Source: Mycobacterium tuberculosis H37Rv (GTDB lineage Bacteria; Actinomycetota; Actinomycetes; Mycobacteriales; Mycobacteriaceae). From it: 32,000 bases of DNA. The notes beneath the pieces were generated by a model that saw only the letters and a list, made by a program, of their open reading frames with translations, made no database searches and was not told where the DNA came from. Position 1 is the stretch's first letter; every line of letters starts with the position of its first letter. This document shows, piece by piece, positions 29,281 through 32,000 of this stretch. A program made the position numbers and the translations under genes. The stretch spans positions 4,290,001-4,322,000 of the forward strand of contig NC_000962.3 in NCBI RefSeq assembly GCF_000195955.2. The letters are read 5' to 3'.

Positions 29281-29640
29281 GTGGACCGCGTTCGCCGGGT
29301 CGTTACCGACCGCGACAGCGGTGCTGGGGCGTTGGCCCGACATCCGCTTGCTGGCCGGCGCACCGACCCGCAACTGGCGGCGTTCTACCACCGGCTGATG
29401 ACCACCCAGAGGCATTGCCACACCCAGGCCACCATCGCCGTAGCCCGCAAGCTGGCCGAACGCACCCGGGTGACGATCACCACCGGCCGCCCCTACCAGC
29501 TGCGCGACACCAACGGCGACCCTGTCACCGCCCGCGGCGCGAAAGAACTGATCGACGCCCACTACCACGTCGACACCAGGACCCACCCACACAACCGCGC
29601 CCACACTGACACCATGCAGAACTCGAAACCGGCACGCTGA
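29281..29640 (+). pseudogene. IS110-family transposase C-terminal fragment (Rv3845-like)
   Basis: Only from 'TDPQLAAFYHRLMTTQRHCHTQATIAVARKLAERTRVTITTGRPYQLRD' onward does it look transposase-like. The frame switch and deletion junction is near 29365-29372. Confidence 0.75.
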
Positions 29641-30164
29641 ACACCACTGTCGGCAGGGGATCCGGTTGCACACGCAACGGTCACTTGAGGCGATCGTCTC
29701 CATTCCTGGCTCCTTGCCGCCCATTGTTGTCGGCGAGCAAGGAGTCACAGTGGAGTCCCCGCAGCGTAGCGAGGAAAACCGACCTTGACGCCCGACGAGC
29801 GGCAACGAGAACCGGCAACGAGGAATGGTCTTCGACAAGCCCACCGTGAGTTGTCTATCGGTTTCTCATTTTCAGCGTCTTTTCAGAGTCGCGCAACACA
29901 ATCCGATGCCCGTCGAGATCCGTCGCGACTACACACACACCCAGCATCTCGACCATCGCGACTCCGGCCGACGACGGCTAACGAGCAGCTTCGCCCCACC
30001 CGCCCCCGCAGCAACAACACAACGGCACGGCAGCAGCTGATCACTGCCCAAAACACGCACCCACATCAGATGCAGAACCCCTTGACAACCAATAGGGAAT
30101 CTCTTCACGAATGAGGGGGCAGTTGGGGTTTGAATCCGCCGGTTTCCAGTAGGTATCTGTCGGC

Positions 30165-30520
30165 TTAGTTGGTGAGATTGCGAAAGCCGAGGGTCGATCC
30201 CCGGAGGTGCTCGACGCGGCCGCTGATCGCTTCGGTCGGCGGGTTGACCGTGGTCACTGTTTTGGGCGTCGATCCACTGCGGGAATTCCCACTACCACGT
30301 CCGGCCGGATCACCGGCGACTCGCGGTGCACGGCCCGCTCCAGCACCTCCTTGGTCAATTCGTTAGCCGTCCCCGCCAACTGCCCAGCCGTCGACTTCTT
30401 CTTGCCCACCCACCCCATAGACCTTCGCCACACAGCGCCTTCCGTCCACCCAACAGCGGTCCGATGACGGACCCCCGACGGGGACTTCAGCGACCAGGAA
30501 CGCGCCCATAGACGTGGTAT
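30165..30520 (-). pseudogene. Second ISL3-family transposase C-terminal relic, opposite orientation
   Basis: Minus-strand frames: 'ELTKEVLERAVHRESPVIRPDVVVGIP', then (frameshift) 'TVTTVNPPTEAISGRVEHLRGSTLGFRNLTN*' with the stop at 30165-30167. The 'TNgPTEaiNgrlEhLRG.alGFRN' signature is typical of actinobacterial ISL3 transposase C-termini (recalled). Confidence 0.45.
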
Positions 30521-30703
30521 CAGCCTGGGGGCGTCCTGGTAGCCTATGCCGTCCGCCCTGGGGCATCGACCCCAAGGTCGTTGTTGCGACGCGAGCGGTC
30601 ATGGAGCAGGGTTGACTTGTCAAGCTAGAGCCAGCCCATCGCGTGGGAGGCACCCGCGCGAAAAGAAACATCGGACGATCATTTCATCGAAGGAAGGAAT
30701 GCC

Positions 30704-31327
30704 GTGGCCGAATACACCTTGCCAGACCTGGACTGGGACTACGGAGCACTGGAACCGCACATCTCGGGTCAGATCAACGAGCTTCACCACAGCAAGCACC
30801 ACGCCACCTACGTAAAGGGCGCCAATGACGCCGTCGCCAAACTCGAAGAGGCGCGCGCCAAGGAAGATCACTCAGCGATCTTGCTGAACGAAAAGAATCT
30901 AGCTTTCAACCTCGCCGGCCACGTCAATCACACCATCTGGTGGAAGAACCTGTCGCCTAACGGTGGTGACAAGCCCACCGGCGAACTCGCCGCAGCCATC
31001 GCCGACGCGTTCGGTTCGTTCGACAAGTTCCGTGCGCAGTTCCACGCGGCCGCTACCACCGTGCAGGGGTCGGGCTGGGCGGCACTGGGCTGGGACACAC
31101 TCGGCAACAAGCTGCTGATATTCCAGGTTTACGACCACCAGACGAACTTCCCGCTAGGCATTGTTCCGCTGCTGCTGCTCGACATGTGGGAACACGCCTT
31201 CTACCTGCAGTACAAGAACGTCAAAGTCGACTTTGCCAAGGCGTTTTGGAACGTCGTGAACTGGGCCGATGTGCAGTCACGGTATGCGGCCGCGACCTCG
31301 CAGACCAAGGGGTTGATATTCGGCTGA
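30704..31327 (+). CDS. sodA: Iron superoxide dismutase
   Basis: 207-aa ORF with a GTG start preceded by GAAGGAAGG. '[28 protein letters not shown]' and '[11 protein letters not shown]'. Confidence 0.97.
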   Translation: MAEYTLPDLDWDYGALEPHISGQINELHHSKHHATYVKGANDAVAKLEEARAKEDHSAILLNEKNLAFNLAGHVNHTIWWKNLSPNGGDKPTGELAAAIADAFGSFDKFRAQFHAAATTVQGSGWAALGWDTLGNKLLIFQVYDHQTNFPLGIVPLLLLDMWEHAFYLQYKNVKVDFAKAFWNVVNWADVQSRYAAATSQTKGLIFG

Positions 31328-31413
31328 CCCCGCTGCCGCAAGCGTCGGGCTCAGTATTCCGGAGTCGCGCATCACCATCGCCCTTATCCTGGCCTTATAT
31401 TGCAGCTTTGTGA

Positions 31414-31434
31414 ACACGGCCGCGGTGGCCGTGT
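31414..31434 (+). terminator. GC-rich hairpin ACACGGCC-N5-GGCCGTGT, 87 nt downstream of the sodA stop
   Basis: 8-bp perfect stem read directly, with no U-tract. Confidence 0.3.
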
Positions 31435-31537
31435 CGAGTTGCAGGGCGCGTAAACCACGCGCATGCTTGGTTACTCGAGCTACCATTTATTTCGAGCTAC
31501 CAGCGTGGTTAGGACGGAGGCGTCGCGGAGGGGCGAG

Positions 31538-32000
31538 ATGGGTACCGGGTCAGGTGGGCCTATTGGGGTTTCTCCCTTCCATTCGCGTGGTGCCCTGAAA
31601 GGGTTCGTGATCTCTGGACGTTGGCCTGATTCGACCAAAGAGTGGGCCCAGCTGCTGATGGTCGCAGTTCGGGTCGCGTCGTTGCCCGGCTTGCTCTCCA
31701 CCACAACGGTGTTTGGTGCCCGCGAAGAGTTGCCCGACGAACCCGAGCCGGGGACCGTCGGTCTGGTGCTGGCCGAGGGCACCGTCTTCGGTGAATCAGC
31801 AATTCAGCCAGGATATTTCGCTGATCATCAACCCCCTGCATTGCTGATGCTGCATCCACCCTCGGAGACCACGCCGTCGCTGCCGGAATGCACCGGGGCG
31901 GCGTCAGGGTGCGTGCTGCTGCCGGGATTACCGTATCTGGGATTGGAACATCGTGCGGCTTGGGTGGAGGCTGAAGCCGACGGCACCATCACATCTATGG
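31538..32000 (+). CDS. Hypothetical protein (Rv3847-like), 5' part; runs off the right edge
   Basis: Not in the ORF track because it has no stop in the window. ATG 31538 is preceded by GGAGGGG. Translation MGTGSGGPIGVSPFHSRGALKGFVISGRWPDSTKEWAQLLMVAV... stays open to the window end. Confidence 0.7.
   Translation, partial: MGTGSGGPIGVSPFHSRGALKGFVISGRWPDSTKEWAQLLMVAVRVASLPGLLSTTTVFGAREELPDEPEPGTVGLVLAEGTVFGESAIQPGYFADHQPPALLMLHPPSETTPSLPECTGAASGCVLLPGLPYLGLEHRAAWVEAEADGTITSM

Larger units (their letters stand above)
28775..29640 (+). mobile_element. Degenerate IS110-family element: recombinase gene with an in-frame stop and an internal deletion/frameshift
   Basis: An N-terminal DEDD/RuvC-like domain ORF and a C-terminal fragment in another frame, with the central domain missing (see the two fragments below). 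Confidence 0.75.

Noticed and set aside
28247-29844. Two overlapping minus-strand ORFs (268 and 299 aa)
   Set aside because: They are antisense to the ISL3-like and IS110-like relics. There are no recognisable domains, and the plus-strand frames carry the transposase motifs.
30125-30150. tRNA 3'-end-like string GGGGTTTGAATCCGCCGGTTTCCA (possible att-site remnant next to the ISL3 relic)
   Set aside because: The T-loop-like TTTGAAT is present, but the putative T-stem pairs at only 3 of 5 positions. There is no matching acceptor or upstream tRNA body. This is too weak to call without a search against the genome's tRNA genes.
30612-30623. TTGACTTGTCAA palindrome upstream of sodA
   Set aside because: The arms are only 5 bp. 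It contains a plausible -35 TTGAC hexamer, which explains its presence, so there is not enough to call an operator.
1-32000. Search for CRISPR arrays, tRNA/rRNA genes, retron/RT, toxin-antitoxin pairs or defence-island-type gene sets
   Set aside because: I saw no regularly spaced direct repeats, no cloverleaf-capable segments, and no ORFs with reverse-transcriptase, Cas, PIN, MazF or RelE-like signatures. The window is mostly core metabolism plus the SL-1 locus and IS debris.

Overview
High-GC actinobacterial chromosome. From protein sequences and gene order I recognise it as the Mycobacterium tuberculosis complex region running from the sulfolipid-1 (SL-1) locus to sodA (H37Rv Rv3823c-Rv3847). 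This is from memory and cannot be verified here. Left to right: mmpL8 (5' part), papA1 and pks2 on the minus strand, then divergent fadD23. An IS607-family element (serine recombinase plus TnpB-like ORF) sits exactly between the convergent stop codons of fadD23 and an FAD oxidoreductase gene. Next come a TetR regulator with two matching palindromic operators, a small membrane protein, a SAM methyltransferase, an AraC regulator, serS, a Pro-rich membrane protein, a minimal HExxH zincin, a histidine phosphatase translationally coupled to pheA, an iron-box-preceded hypothetical gene plus a truncated LCP fragment, bfrB with an AT-rich iron-box region, glpQ1 and a zinc-ribbon membrane protein. A roughly 4.1 kb stretch (26.6-30.7 kb) has no intact gene, followed by sodA and the 5' part of a hypothetical gene. 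No rRNA, tRNA or CRISPR array was seen. Most of the window is well-characterised core genome. The parts worth a second look are in the 26.6-30.7 kb stretch: a dense cluster of DnaA-box 9-mers, an unlisted 49-codon tail-anchored membrane ORF, a 15-bp perfect inverted repeat, and nested relics of IS256-, ISL3- and IS110-type transposases. Also notable are the C-terminally decayed TnpB, which has no room for an omega-RNA, and a Cys-rich 73-codon ORF overlapping the zincin stop codon (ATGA). I found no convincing complete novel multi-gene system. The items reported are candidates, not demonstrations.
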